Shown here: positions 26,706 through 35,379 of the stretch, piece after piece
Numbering within the stretch: position 1 is the stretch's first letter
Layout: the number at the start of each line of letters is the position of its first letter
DNA from: Terrimicrobiaceae bacterium
GTDB lineage: Bacteria > Verrucomicrobiota > Verrucomicrobiia > Chthoniobacterales > Terrimicrobiaceae
Reading direction: 5' to 3'
NCBI GenBank assembly: GCA_044342325.1
Contig: JBIIPZ010000020.1
Coordinates: forward strand, 1-50,460
DNA: 50,460 nucleotides
Made by a program: the position numbers and the translations under genes
The notes under the pieces: generated by a model
Databases searched by the model: none
The model's input: the letters and a program-made list of their open reading frames with translations, nothing else
Told to the model about the DNA's origin: nothing

Positions 26706-27711
26706 TGGAGTCCTCCTGGGAGATATCAATCTCTCCGGCTTCGGAGAGTTGCATGATCTGGGCGATGATGCGGTCCTGAGCTGCCTCAATATCCTTATTG
26801 CGGACGGGGCCCTGGATTTCGATTTCTTCCTTGAGTGACTCTGAAGCTCGTTTCGACATGGCGCCGAAGAACACGAGTTTGACGGCCTCGGAGGCGTTTT
26901 TCATCGCCACGGCGAGTTCCTGTGTTTCCACATCGCGCAGCAGGCGCTGCACATCGCGTTGAGTGAGGGTGGCGATATCTTCGAAATTGAAAAGCCGTTT
27001 GCGGATCGCTTCGCCCAGTTCGGCGTTGCGCTCCTCGATGCGGCCGAGAAGATTTTTGCTGAGTTCCTTGTCGAGGGACTTGAGGAGCTGTGCGGCTGCC
27101 TGTGCGCCGCCGCGTTTATGCATGCTGTATTGCTGCGAACCGCTGGAGAGGTGCTTGCCAAGACTGCGCAGCACTTTATTGATCAGTTCGCTCGAGATGG
27201 AATCCATCGTTCCCAAGCGCTCCACGATCTCCTCGCGGGCTTCAGGTGAAAACAAGGGGATGATCTGCGAAACCTGACGGGCATCGAGATAGGAAAGAAT
27301 GAACGCGACGGTCTGGGGCTGCTCATTTTTGATGATGTTGAAAATCTGCCGCGTATCCATCTGGCTGAGTTCGCGGACGGCATCGATCGAGTTGCTGGCT
27401 GGAAGGGCCCGCAGAAGGATGCTGGAAGCGGCTTGAGGACCTCGGGCTGCCTCGAGGGCGCGCTGGGCAAACGCCATGCCACCTAGGGCCGTGGAGAGGC
27501 CGTCGCCGATCAGGCCGCAAAATTCGTCGAGGACTTTCTCTTGGAGCTTGAAATCCACGACATCCATCGTGGCCATTTCGCGAGCCACAGCTTCGATCTC
27601 CGGGTCGCGAAGTTGTTTCATCAGCTCGGGAGCCAAGTCGGGGCCGACAATGATGAAAAACGCAGCGAGTTTCTGCGTTTTGGACATCGTTTCAAATTCA
27701 GCGGTAGGCAT
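26689..27711 (-). CDS. fliG: Rotor protein FliG
   Basis: QKLAAF, EQPQTVAFILSYL, LFNFEDI, MSKRASESLKEEIE..GPVR. Confidence 0.95.
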   Translation of the reverse strand: MPTAEFETMSKTQKLAAFFIIVGPDLAPELMKQLRDPEIEAVAREMATMDVVDFKLQEKVLDEFCGLIGDGLSTALGGMAFAQRALEAARGPQAASSILLRALPASNSIDAVRELSQMDTRQIFNIIKNEQPQTVAFILSYLDARQVSQIIPLFSPEAREEIVERLGTMDSISSELINKVLRSLGKHLSSGSQQYSMHKRGGAQAAAQLLKSLDKELSKNLLGRIEERNAELGEAIRKRLFNFEDIATLTQRDVQRLLRDVETQELAVAMKNASEAVKLVFFGAMSKRASESLKEEIEIQGPVRNKDIEAAQDRIIAQIMQLSEAGEIDISQEDSSESAG

Positions 27712-27714
27712 GGC

Positions 27715-29322
27715 TTAAGAGTTGTTTTTGTCGATGAGCCACTCGCGGAGGGTGGCTCCCACATTTTCCGGTTTTTGGCGGATGAGTGAGTTGAGAAGTT
27801 CCGGCGAGACCTTGAGGTTTTTTGCGGCCGGAAGGAAGGATGCGGGGTCTTCAGCGCCACCGATGTCCGGCAGTGCGCCCGCTGGTTGCGGTGTGTTGGT
27901 TTCTTCGTTCACAAGTTCAAAGGAAATTTCCTCAGGCTTCGCGCGGCGGAGCATGAAGAAGAAAATAGCGAAGACGATGCCGGCGATGGCCAGGGCGGCG
28001 ATCGGGCGGATCATTTCGACATAGCCGCTCACTTGGTCTGTGAGAGGAGCTCCAGCTGTCACCGATGATGGGAAGGCCACTTCCTTGATGGAAACAAAAG
28101 AGGCAGGATTTTCGTTCTTTGGAACTTCGATGCCCAAGGCATTGATCACCATACTGCGAAGTTCATTGATCTGCTCAGGTGTGCGAGGGGTGAGTTCACC
28201 GGTCTCAGAGGATTTTTCCGCTAGGAACACTGCTGCGGTGATCCTTGTGATTTCACCGGGGTTTTTAACCGTGTTCGTGAGAGTTTTATTGATCTCGTAG
28301 CTCTGCGTCTTGGACGAGCGGGAGGTATTGCTTGCCTTCGTTGGGCCGGGCTTGTTGGCCTGAGCCGGTTGGGTTGCTGTATTCGCCGCGACCCCTGCTC
28401 CTTGGGTCTGCTCCGCACTGCTTTCATTGGTGGAGGAGCTGTCCTCGACCGTGACCTCCTGTCGTGGAACCTGACCCTCCGGGTCGAAACGCTCCTCGGT
28501 CATCGTTGCTGCCTCGGTGTTGATTGTTGCCGAAACGCGAACCACGGAATTTCCGGCACCCAGAACCTTCGCGAGCATGCTTTCGACCTTTGAGGCAAGA
28601 TATTCCTCGGTTTGTTGCTTATATTTCACCACACTTGCCGCATTGCCCAGCTGGGGGTCGGATTTCAAATCTTCGGAAAGAACATTGCCTGCGTTGTCAA
28701 TCACTGCGACATCATCCACTTTCAGGCCTTCTACTGAGCTGGCTACCAGCGAGCGGATGGAATTGACGGCGGCCTTGTCAAGTTGGGCGCTGCCGGTGTC
28801 CACAAAAACCGAAGCTGTTGGACGAGAGTCTGTAGTCCGAACTAAGAGTCGGCTCTCGGGAAGGACAACCATGACGCGTGCGGACTTGACGCCCTGCATC
28901 TGGGCCACCGTGCGGCTCAGCTCGCCTTGGAGGGCGCGGGTGTAGTTCGTGCGCTGAACGAAGTCACTGATGCCGAAATTGCTTCGATCGAAGATTTCAA
29001 ATCCCACGCCGTCTGCGGTTGGGAGACCCTTTGCTGCCAAGTTCATGCGGACTCGGTAAACATCCTTGGAATCCACATAGATCGAGCTTCCTCCCCCGCC
29101 GATTTGAAATGGGATGCTCTGCTCCTCGAGTTCTTTGACCACCTCGGCGGCTTCTTTTTCGCCGAGTTTGCCGTAGAGGAGCTTCATATCAGGCTTTTGG
29201 GCCCAGAAGAGCATGGCACCGATCCCCAATATCACTGCGACGCCTGCGGCGGATACAATGACACGGTGGGTCGGGCTCAGTTCGCTCCAAATTTTGGTAA
29301 TTTGCTGGAGTGCTTGTTTCAT
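27715..29322 (-). CDS. fliF: MS-ring protein FliF
   Basis: GFEIFD, RALQGELSRT, PTASV, two TM segments. Confidence 0.95.
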   Translation of the reverse strand: MKQALQQITKIWSELSPTHRVIVSAAGVAVILGIGAMLFWAQKPDMKLLYGKLGEKEAAEVVKELEEQSIPFQIGGGGSSIYVDSKDVYRVRMNLAAKGLPTADGVGFEIFDRSNFGISDFVQRTNYTRALQGELSRTVAQMQGVKSARVMVVLPESRLLVRTTDSRPTASVFVDTGSAQLDKAAVNSIRSLVASSVEGLKVDDVAVIDNAGNVLSEDLKSDPQLGNAASVVKYKQQTEEYLASKVESMLAKVLGAGNSVVRVSATINTEAATMTEERFDPEGQVPRQEVTVEDSSSTNESSAEQTQGAGVAANTATQPAQANKPGPTKASNTSRSSKTQSYEINKTLTNTVKNPGEITRITAAVFLAEKSSETGELTPRTPEQINELRSMVINALGIEVPKNENPASFVSIKEVAFPSSVTAGAPLTDQVSGYVEMIRPIAALAIAGIVFAIFFFMLRRAKPEEISFELVNEETNTPQPAGALPDIGGAEDPASFLPAAKNLKVSPELLNSLIRQKPENVGATLREWLIDKNNS

Positions 29323-29361
29323 CCTATCGAGACAACGAGTAGTGTTTTAGCGCCAAGTAAC

Positions 29362-29721
29362 TCAGACTTGGGCGCGCATGAGTTCCTGATAGCTCTCCAC
29401 GAGCTTGTTGCGAAGCTCGACCATGAGCGTGAAAGCCACGCTGGATTCTTGGCCGGCGATCATGGCTTGGTGAAGATTCGTGGCTTCGCCTGTGAGGACT
29501 TTAGTTTTCTCAGTGGCGGATGTTTTCATTTTGTCGTCCACATCAGTAACAAATTTTTTCATCATGTTACCGAATGGATCCGCACCGCCGACTTGTGTTC
29601 CTCCTGCGGATAAACCAGATTCTTTCAGCGAGTTGGTGCGCTCGATGTCGGGCTGGAAATTCCGCATGGTGAGCGGGGCTGTCATGGTAGGAATGTTGGA
29701 GGGGATGGCGGAGATGTTCAT
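29362..29721 (-). CDS. fliE: Hook-basal body protein FliE
   Basis: LHQAMIA...VELRNKLVESYQELMRAQV. Confidence 0.93.
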   Translation of the reverse strand: MNISAIPSNIPTMTAPLTMRNFQPDIERTNSLKESGLSAGGTQVGGADPFGNMMKKFVTDVDDKMKTSATEKTKVLTGEATNLHQAMIAGQESSVAFTLMVELRNKLVESYQELMRAQV

Positions 29722-29741
29722 ATTTAAAGGTTTCTAAAATG

Positions 29742-30152
29742 TTAGCGGCCGATGGAAAGGGCTTGGGTGGCCAACTGGCGGGCGTTGCGCACGACGGCGA
29801 GGTTGGCTTCGTAGGAGCGGGTGGCTGTGACCATGTCCACCATTTCAAATGGAATATTTACATTCGGCATGGTGACATTGCCGTCATCGTCCGCGTGAGG
29901 GTGCTGCGGGTTGTTGATGATCTCGCCGGGGGTTTCATCGCGTTTGATTTCCGAAAGGCGAACGCCCTGCATATTCGGACCGGCCGCGGCGTCGAGAAGG
30001 GATTCGAATGCCACTATGCGGCGCTGGTAGGGCTTGCCGTCGATACCCTTGGTCGTGTTGGCGTTCGCGATATTCTGCGAAACGATATCGACGCGCATTT
30101 TTTCGGCGTCGAGAGCGCTGCCGGTGATGCTGCTGGCGGAAATGACATTCAT
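29742..30152 (-). CDS. flgC: Proximal rod protein FlgC
   Basis: SQNIANANTT, PYQRR, HPHAD, PNVN, RSYEAN. Confidence 0.95.
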   Translation of the reverse strand: MNVISASSITGSALDAEKMRVDIVSQNIANANTTKGIDGKPYQRRIVAFESLLDAAAGPNMQGVRLSEIKRDETPGEIINNPQHPHADDDGNVTMPNVNIPFEMVDMVTATRSYEANLAVVRNARQLATQALSIGR

Positions 30153-30188
30153 AATAAGAAGATTTTTTCTGCGATTGATTTAGGAAAA

Positions 30189-30578
30189 TCAGGCTGGGCG
30201 GCCCGTGATGGCGTGACGGAGTTGTTTTAACGAACCGCTGGCAAAGTCTGTGAGCACATTGAAATTCATCGTGTTTTTTGTGAGGCCAAGAAGCTCGCTA
30301 TCAATCTGCACATTGTTTCCATCGGCGCGGGTCGATGGGGTGAGCGTATCGACTTCGGTGCGGGGCGAGGCCTCCGCAATTTCATCGGCATTGCGGGATT
30401 TGATGCTGGCGCGCAACTCATCTTCGAACGACCTGCTCATGTCCACGCGCTTGTAGCCCGGGGTCGAAACATTGGCGAGGTTACTAGCGATCGATGCGTG
30501 GCGAAGAGCCGAAACATCCATCATTTTTTTCACAGCGGTATAATTATCGCTGCTGAAGAGAGAGGCCACCATTTCCAT
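30189..30578 (-). CDS. flgB: Proximal rod protein FlgB
   Basis: IASNLANVSTPGYKRVD, DGNNVQID; start could be 30578 or 30572. Confidence 0.94.
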   Translation of the reverse strand: MEMVASLFSSDNYTAVKKMMDVSALRHASIASNLANVSTPGYKRVDMSRSFEDELRASIKSRNADEIAEASPRTEVDTLTPSTRADGNNVQIDSELLGLTKNTMNFNVLTDFASGSLKQLRHAITGRPA

Positions 30579-30590
30579 GACTCTATGTTT

Positions 30591-30606
30591 AGCAGAACCT
30601 GTGCCA
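30591..30606 (-). promoter_or_regulatory. sigma54 -24/-12 promoter of the flgB operon
   Basis: Minus strand TGGCACAGGTTCTGCT. Confidence 0.82.
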
Positions 30607-30679
30607 GCTTCCGGAGGGCTCGTAAAAAGACACTCCGGGCTTGATTTTCAAGGTGCGATGCAACTTGAAAAAATGGGCA

Positions 30680-30726
30680 TGGCAGAAGATGCCACGGTGG
30701 GATTTCTAAAACGGCAAAACTTGCCG
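30680..30726. promoter_or_regulatory. Tandem palindromic enhancer-like sites (GGCA-N5-TGCC)
   Basis: TGGCAGAAGATGCCA (30680-30694) and CGGCAAAACTTGCCG (30712-30726), centres 32 bp apart, 75-120 bp upstream of the -24 box. Confidence 0.7.
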
Positions 30727-30861
30727 AGTTGTTCTTTGAGTGGGTGGTTGGGCTGGATCAACGGGCTTCACTCTGGCCAGAAACGCATCTTAGAAATCCT
30801 GGCGTGCAAAGAAATAGTGTGAGACGCAAAAGCCAAGAGAGCATGGGCGTCCAGTTCGAGT

Positions 30862-30876
30862 TGGCACTGATTGCCA
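30862..30876. promoter_or_regulatory. Third GGCA-N5-TGCC palindrome
   Basis: TGGCACTGATTGCCA in the same intergenic region. Confidence 0.55.
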
Positions 30877-31085
30877 TCTCGAATGCGGCATGTGTTTTCC
30901 CCCACTGCTCGATTTTTTGTCGATGATATCAGCGCGTCTCAATCTCGCAGTTGATTCAGATCAGCGATTAGAATTTCAGTCCGCAAGCCGGAGGGAGTAG
31001 GGCAAATGCAACGCTACCGGAATGCTCGCGGTATCAAAAAATGGACGGCTTCCCGCGCATCGAGAACCGAATATTGAATCAGGGC

Positions 31086-31595
31086 TTAAGCTTGGAGCGT
31101 AGCCTTGGCGCCCGGCACAATGTGCATTGAGCCGCCTGGTTCCTTCGATGAGGCCAGTCCGCTAGGATAAGCGATCTTTGCGCTTTCAATAATCGAAATG
31201 GCTTTTTGAGCGGTTTCCTTGAGGTTTCCGTCCAATTTAAAAATCTTCTCGGTTCCATCGGCCTTCTTGAGAGCCACATTTCCATCAGGCAGGAATTTCA
31301 GATCGAACGGCTCCGAGCTTCCTTCCAGCGCCTTCGCAATTTCAGGGGATTGAAGAATTTTCTGCGACATTTGTTGCAGTGTCATTTCGACATCCGAGCG
31401 GCTGCCGATCCCCTCGGCGCTGAGGCGCTGCATGTTTTTGTATTCTGGAGTGTTCGTGGCTTTGGCGAGAACTTGTGCAAAAGCGGCTTTTTTCATTTCC
31501 GCCGCACTCGGAGCCTTCTCGGCCGAGTTGCCGGCGATGCTGCCCAAAATATTGCTGCCCAGTTTTGCGGCTGTGATGGCGAGGAGAGGATTCAT
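31086..31595 (-). CDS. Hypothetical protein with its own sigma54 promoter
   Basis: 169 aa, no clear Sec signal or TM, S/A-rich N-terminus with FAQVL. Confidence 0.75.
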   Translation of the reverse strand: MNPLLAITAAKLGSNILGSIAGNSAEKAPSAAEMKKAAFAQVLAKATNTPEYKNMQRLSAEGIGSRSDVEMTLQQMSQKILQSPEIAKALEGSSEPFDLKFLPDGNVALKKADGTEKIFKLDGNLKETAQKAISIIESAKIAYPSGLASSKEPGGSMHIVPGAKATLQA

Positions 31596-31613
31596 AGTGT
31601 TGTTCGATTACTC

Positions 31614-31629
31614 AGCAACTCCTGTGCCA
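31614..31629 (-). promoter_or_regulatory. sigma54 -24/-12 promoter
   Basis: Minus strand TGGCACAGGAGTTGCT. Confidence 0.85.
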
Positions 31630-31686
31630 CAGCAGGAAATTGGCATCACCCATCTCTCAGTCATGCCGCTGAGGTTCCTGCAAAAC

Positions 31687-33153
31687 TCAGCGCGCCACTG
31701 CGCTGGGCGGGGCGATTTGGTTTGCGGCTTGCTGGGTGGATTCAGAAGGGGATGGGGGGGTGGCTGCGGGTTTTTCGGTTTTCAGGAAGGCGGGTTGTAG
31801 GTCGCTGCCTGGGGTTTCCTTGTCGAGGAGGGGGTAGAGGTCGCGTTCGGTTTTTTCGAGCCAGTCGAGGTTATCGAGGCGCCATTGGGCCATGTCGCGG
31901 AGGGTGGCGAGGTTCATGCCGACCATGGCGTCGCCTTCGGCGGCGGGGGCATTGACCGGGATTTTGTCGATGATGTAGCGGTAGGCTTCGCGGGCACGGG
32001 CGTGGTGCCGGAGGCGTTCGAAGCAGAGGCCGATCTGGTAGACCGTGGGACCACGCCAATTCGGGGCATCGTTGAGTTCGGCGAGTTTTTGATAGACGGA
32101 AAGGGCGCCGAGCGTGTCGCCGGTCTCGTAGAGTTCGTTGGCGATTTCGTTTCCAGTTTTGCGCTGCCAGTAGGCCCATACGGCAGGTTTCTTCTTTCCG
32201 AATTCGCGGCCGGCTTGGAGGAGCTTGATGGTTTCCTTCATGGCTTCCTCTTTTCGGCCAAGGGAGCGGAGGGACTGCACGCGGAGATACTGGGCTTCTG
32301 GGGCAAGGGGGCTGGTGGGGTAGGTGGCAAGGAAGCCTTCAGCGCCTGTGAGGGAGTTTGTGAATTGGCCTGAGAGGTAAGAAATGTAAGCGGAACGGAA
32401 GGCAACTTCGCTGGCTTCGGCTTGTGTCATTTTCACGAGCTTCAGGCGCGAATAGAGTTCGGCAGCGGCCTTGTAGTCGCCGGCGGAAAAGTGCGTATGC
32501 GCGATCTCCATTTTTGCCCGCAGTGAGGAGTCGGTGTATTCCTCGCCGGTTTTGACTTGGAGCGCTGAATACAAAACGCTGTAAAATTTGTTCAAGGCAC
32601 TGGAGTAGGCGCCGTTCTCGCGGTAAATCCGCCCGAGTCGCAGAAGCGTGTCGGGAGCCTCTGGATCGCTTGGGAAGAGATTGACGAACTGCTCGTAAAC
32701 AACGGCGGCCTTGGCGGGTTGTTTTTGTTTATCCTCCAAATTGCGGGCCATGAGCAACAGGGCGTTGCGTTTTTGTTTTTCAGGAGCAGACAGGCGGAGG
32801 ATTTGGTTGAATAATTTTTCCGCCTGAGCCGGGTCGCCATTCTCTATGGCCTGCTGCATTTCCTGCTCGAGCGCTTCTACGCTGGCTCCGCTGGCCATGA
32901 GGCTCGGAGCGTAGGCGGGATTCTCATCAAGCTCGACTTCCAGTGCATCAAATTCGATCGGCACAGCCATGCCGGCTGGGCTTGCGGTGGGCGTGAGAGA
33001 ATTCTGCAGGGGGGGGGCGGCGTGGCTTTCCATCAAGGCCGGTGCCGCTGCGCTCTGCGGCGCGGCATCTGGAGCGATGGGCGGTGGGGCGGCGATTTCC
33101 GCATGGGCTGCGGCTGCGAGGAAGAGTGCGGAAAGTCCGGTAAGGCGGCGCAT
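31687..33153 (-). CDS. Exported tetratricopeptide-repeat protein
   Basis: Sec signal MRRLTGLSALFLAAAAHA; TPR-like repeats (AAVVYEQFVNLFPSDPEAPDTLLRLG, FLATYPTSPLAPEAQY, YQIGLCFERL). Confidence 0.85.
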   Translation of the reverse strand: MRRLTGLSALFLAAAAHAEIAAPPPIAPDAAPQSAAAPALMESHAAPPLQNSLTPTASPAGMAVPIEFDALEVELDENPAYAPSLMASGASVEALEQEMQQAIENGDPAQAEKLFNQILRLSAPEKQKRNALLLMARNLEDKQKQPAKAAVVYEQFVNLFPSDPEAPDTLLRLGRIYRENGAYSSALNKFYSVLYSALQVKTGEEYTDSSLRAKMEIAHTHFSAGDYKAAAELYSRLKLVKMTQAEASEVAFRSAYISYLSGQFTNSLTGAEGFLATYPTSPLAPEAQYLRVQSLRSLGRKEEAMKETIKLLQAGREFGKKKPAVWAYWQRKTGNEIANELYETGDTLGALSVYQKLAELNDAPNWRGPTVYQIGLCFERLRHHARAREAYRYIIDKIPVNAPAAEGDAMVGMNLATLRDMAQWRLDNLDWLEKTERDLYPLLDKETPGSDLQPAFLKTEKPAATPPSPSESTQQAANQIAPPSAVAR

Positions 33154-33155
33154 GG

Positions 33156-33653
33156 TTATTCGACTTTGTATGAGGTGCTGCTGACGGGTTGGTTGGCCGC
33201 GTTTGCGGGCCGGAAAACGGTGTCAAAGAAGGATCCCAGAACGGTCTCTCCAGCGGGGCCATCCCCTGCGCCTTGGAAGAAGTCCTGCGTCTGCTCGTTG
33301 TTGATGAACTTCGGCGTCGTGCTGTCAACGACTCTGGACTCGCTCACGGAATCGGAGTCGCTTGCCATCGCGGGCACATCGTCCTTCTCGGGGATGTTGA
33401 CTATGGTTTTTGGAAGAAGAGGGGGCTTGCGGCGTGCGTTGGTATCCTGCGCAACACGCATCGGGGCGGGCTTTGGCAGCTTTTGCGGCATCGCCGAGAC
33501 CTGCGGGCTTGTTTTTTTCTTTGGAGAGGAGGAGCAAGAGCTCAAACTCAATGATACTAGGCTGAAGACCAAGGCCAAGCTCGCGAGAGAGAGACCCCGA
33601 TGTAACGCGGCGGAAAGCGCGGATTTTTGGTCGGTTGATTGGATGGGGCGCAT
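33156..33653 (-). CDS. Putative lipoprotein, largely low-complexity
   Basis: Hydrophobic stretch ending LSLSSC (lipobox-like); ATG 33653 lies just downstream of the sigma54 motif. Confidence 0.65.
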   Translation of the reverse strand: MRPIQSTDQKSALSAALHRGLSLASLALVFSLVSLSLSSCSSSPKKKTSPQVSAMPQKLPKPAPMRVAQDTNARRKPPLLPKTIVNIPEKDDVPAMASDSDSVSESRVVDSTTPKFINNEQTQDFFQGAGDGPAGETVLGSFFDTVFRPANAANQPVSSTSYKVE

Positions 33654-33671
33654 ATGAAGTTCCATGTGTTC

Positions 33672-33687
33672 AGCAACTCCCGTGCCA
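33672..33687 (-). promoter_or_regulatory. sigma54 -24/-12 promoter for the lipoprotein-TPR operon
   Basis: Minus strand TGGCACGGGAGTTGCT, full consensus. Confidence 0.88.
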
Positions 33688-33810
33688 TACGGAGAACTGA
33701 ACCTGACGCTAAAAACTAAAGAGAAAGCCTGCCCCGGCAAGCCGAAAGTTCTAGTTTGCCTACTGCTTTCAGTCGCCGGCGCGCGGGGCGAGTTCGGAGG
33801 CATTTGTTCA

Positions 33811-33826
33811 AGGCATGAAAATTGCT
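33811..33826 (+). promoter_or_regulatory. sigma54 -24/-12 promoter, divergent
   Basis: AGGCATGAAAATTGCT, 12 nt before ATG 33839. Confidence 0.72.
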
Positions 33827-33838
33827 GTGTAGGGGAGT

Positions 33839-34588
33839 ATGACATTTCGAATCCTTTGTCTTTTGGCCGCCCTCTCCCTCGTGGCCTGCTCGAATCCTTC
33901 TACTCGCGCCGTAAATGATAAACCCAATCGCTCTGGCCGAATTCAGCAGATTTCTGATCCGACGATGTCGCTTCCGCCGCAGGATCTCTCCGCAAGCGCT
34001 GGCATTCGCTGGCCTGCGGGAATGCGCCGTCTTGCAGTCCTCCCCATTTATTCCACGCGGCCGATCGACCAGACCCAGCGCGATATGGATGGCATTTTCC
34101 GCGCGGAGTTGTCGAAGGTCGTGAAATACGAGATCGTTCAAGTCAGTCGCACTGACATGGCATCGCTCATCAATCGCGAGGCGGTTTCCTCTTCCGAGAT
34201 TATCCCCTCATCCGTCATGGCCATGTTGCGCCAGAAATACGGAGCCGATGCCGTTCTTTTCACGGACTTTACGCTCTTCCGTCCCTACCGTCCGCTTGCT
34301 ATCGGGGTGAGGTCGAAGATTGTGGATGTCAAAACAATGGAAATCCTGTGGATGGCGGATGGTATTCTTGATTCGGCGGAACCCGATGTCTCCGAGTTAG
34401 CTACCCAGTTTTCCGACTCGGGACTCCAGATGCGATATGTCAGCGACAAGATTCCCAAGGGCAGGCAGCGTGAGCAGGGAAGCGGAAACCAAATCATCCT
34501 TCAAAGCCCGCGCCTGTATGCCGCCTTTGTGGCCCACGAGGCTTTTTCGAGTCTTGCTCCAGCGCCGGTTGCCGCGCCTGCACGGTAA
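33839..34588 (+). CDS. Lipoprotein of CsgG/LpoB/GNA1162/FlgO-like fold
   Basis: Lipobox LVAC; RRLAVLPI, YGADAVLF, SKIVDVKTMEILW. Confidence 0.75.
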   Translation: MTFRILCLLAALSLVACSNPSTRAVNDKPNRSGRIQQISDPTMSLPPQDLSASAGIRWPAGMRRLAVLPIYSTRPIDQTQRDMDGIFRAELSKVVKYEIVQVSRTDMASLINREAVSSSEIIPSSVMAMLRQKYGADAVLFTDFTLFRPYRPLAIGVRSKIVDVKTMEILWMADGILDSAEPDVSELATQFSDSGLQMRYVSDKIPKGRQREQGSGNQIILQSPRLYAAFVAHEAFSSLAPAPVAAPAR

Positions 34589-35364
34589 TGAGCGGATTCT
34601 TTGATACAACCGCTCGTGGAGCGGATTCGTCAGACTCTCTGGAAAAAAAAACGCAAAGCCGCGCTTCCAACGAAATCAACGCCGCTCTCACTCCAGGCCT
34701 GATTCACGAGGTCAATAACATACTCACCGGCATTTACTTCAATCTCGAAAGCTGCCGCGAAGTGCTCGACGCTTCTCATCCGCTGGCTGAGAGCGTCCAG
34801 GAAATCCAAGTCGGCGTCGAACGCATCAAGGAAGTGCTTGGCCGCATCACGCAGATTTACCTCAACGCCGCAGAGCGCGAGCAAACATATCACGAAGCCC
34901 AAGCCCTTGTTGCCGGTCAGGTCGACCTTCTGCGCATTGTTTTTCCAAAAACAGCCAGCATCACCCTGACCGCTCCCGAGTCGGCCCTTTATATCAACGT
35001 CTCCGAATACGCTTTCCGTGTGGCTTTGCTGACTTTGGCTACCTGCTTGAGGGGGCTCTATCCCGAGGGCAAGATCGAAATTCCGATGGCTGTTCTGTGC
35101 CCGGAGGATTTGTCGGAAGCGGATTTTGGAAAATCCACCTCGGCGGGTGATTGCGTTGGCGTTTCCTTTCGATTGCCTTGCGTGGCCCTTTCTGTTGCGG
35201 AAATCGATGATTTCCAGACGAGGAATCAATCTTCAGATCTTTCCATGGCTGCGGCGGAGGTTCTCGTTGGCGAAGCGGGCGGACGCCTGCTATTCTCTAA
35301 GGGCGAGTCTCCTCACACCTCCGATGTGGTGATGCTTTTTCCTCTGCACAACCTCAATACCTAA
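34588..35364 (+). CDS. Sensorless pseudo-histidine kinase / phosphotransferase-like protein
   Basis: H-box LIHEVNNILTGI near the N-terminus; no recognisable N, G1, F or G2 boxes. Confidence 0.7.
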   Translation: MSGFFDTTARGADSSDSLEKKTQSRASNEINAALTPGLIHEVNNILTGIYFNLESCREVLDASHPLAESVQEIQVGVERIKEVLGRITQIYLNAAEREQTYHEAQALVAGQVDLLRIVFPKTASITLTAPESALYINVSEYAFRVALLTLATCLRGLYPEGKIEIPMAVLCPEDLSEADFGKSTSAGDCVGVSFRLPCVALSVAEIDDFQTRNQSSDLSMAAAEVLVGEAGGRLLFSKGESPHTSDVVMLFPLHNLNT

Positions 35365-35379
35365 CCTGACTCCCAACCC

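Noticed and set aside
13378..29322. Non-flagellar injectisome (T3SS)
   Set aside because: flgB/C/D/E, fliE, fliG/M, fliL and motAB are flagellum-specific; no secretin, needle or translocon genes are seen
30801..30876. c-di-GMP-I riboswitch-like words (GCAAA...GACGCAAAAGCC...TTGCC)
   Set aside because: No pairable P2 stem with a GNRA loop, and the orientation is opposite to flgB; a covariance-model search would settle it
7985..31629. sigma28 promoters (TAAA-N15-GCCGATAA)
   Set aside because: No convincing match in the intergenic regions read; FliA targets probably lie outside the window, which hints that a flagellin locus may exist elsewhere
33654..33845. Longer start for the minus-strand lipoprotein
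   Set aside because: It runs through both sigma54 motifs and overlaps the divergent gene
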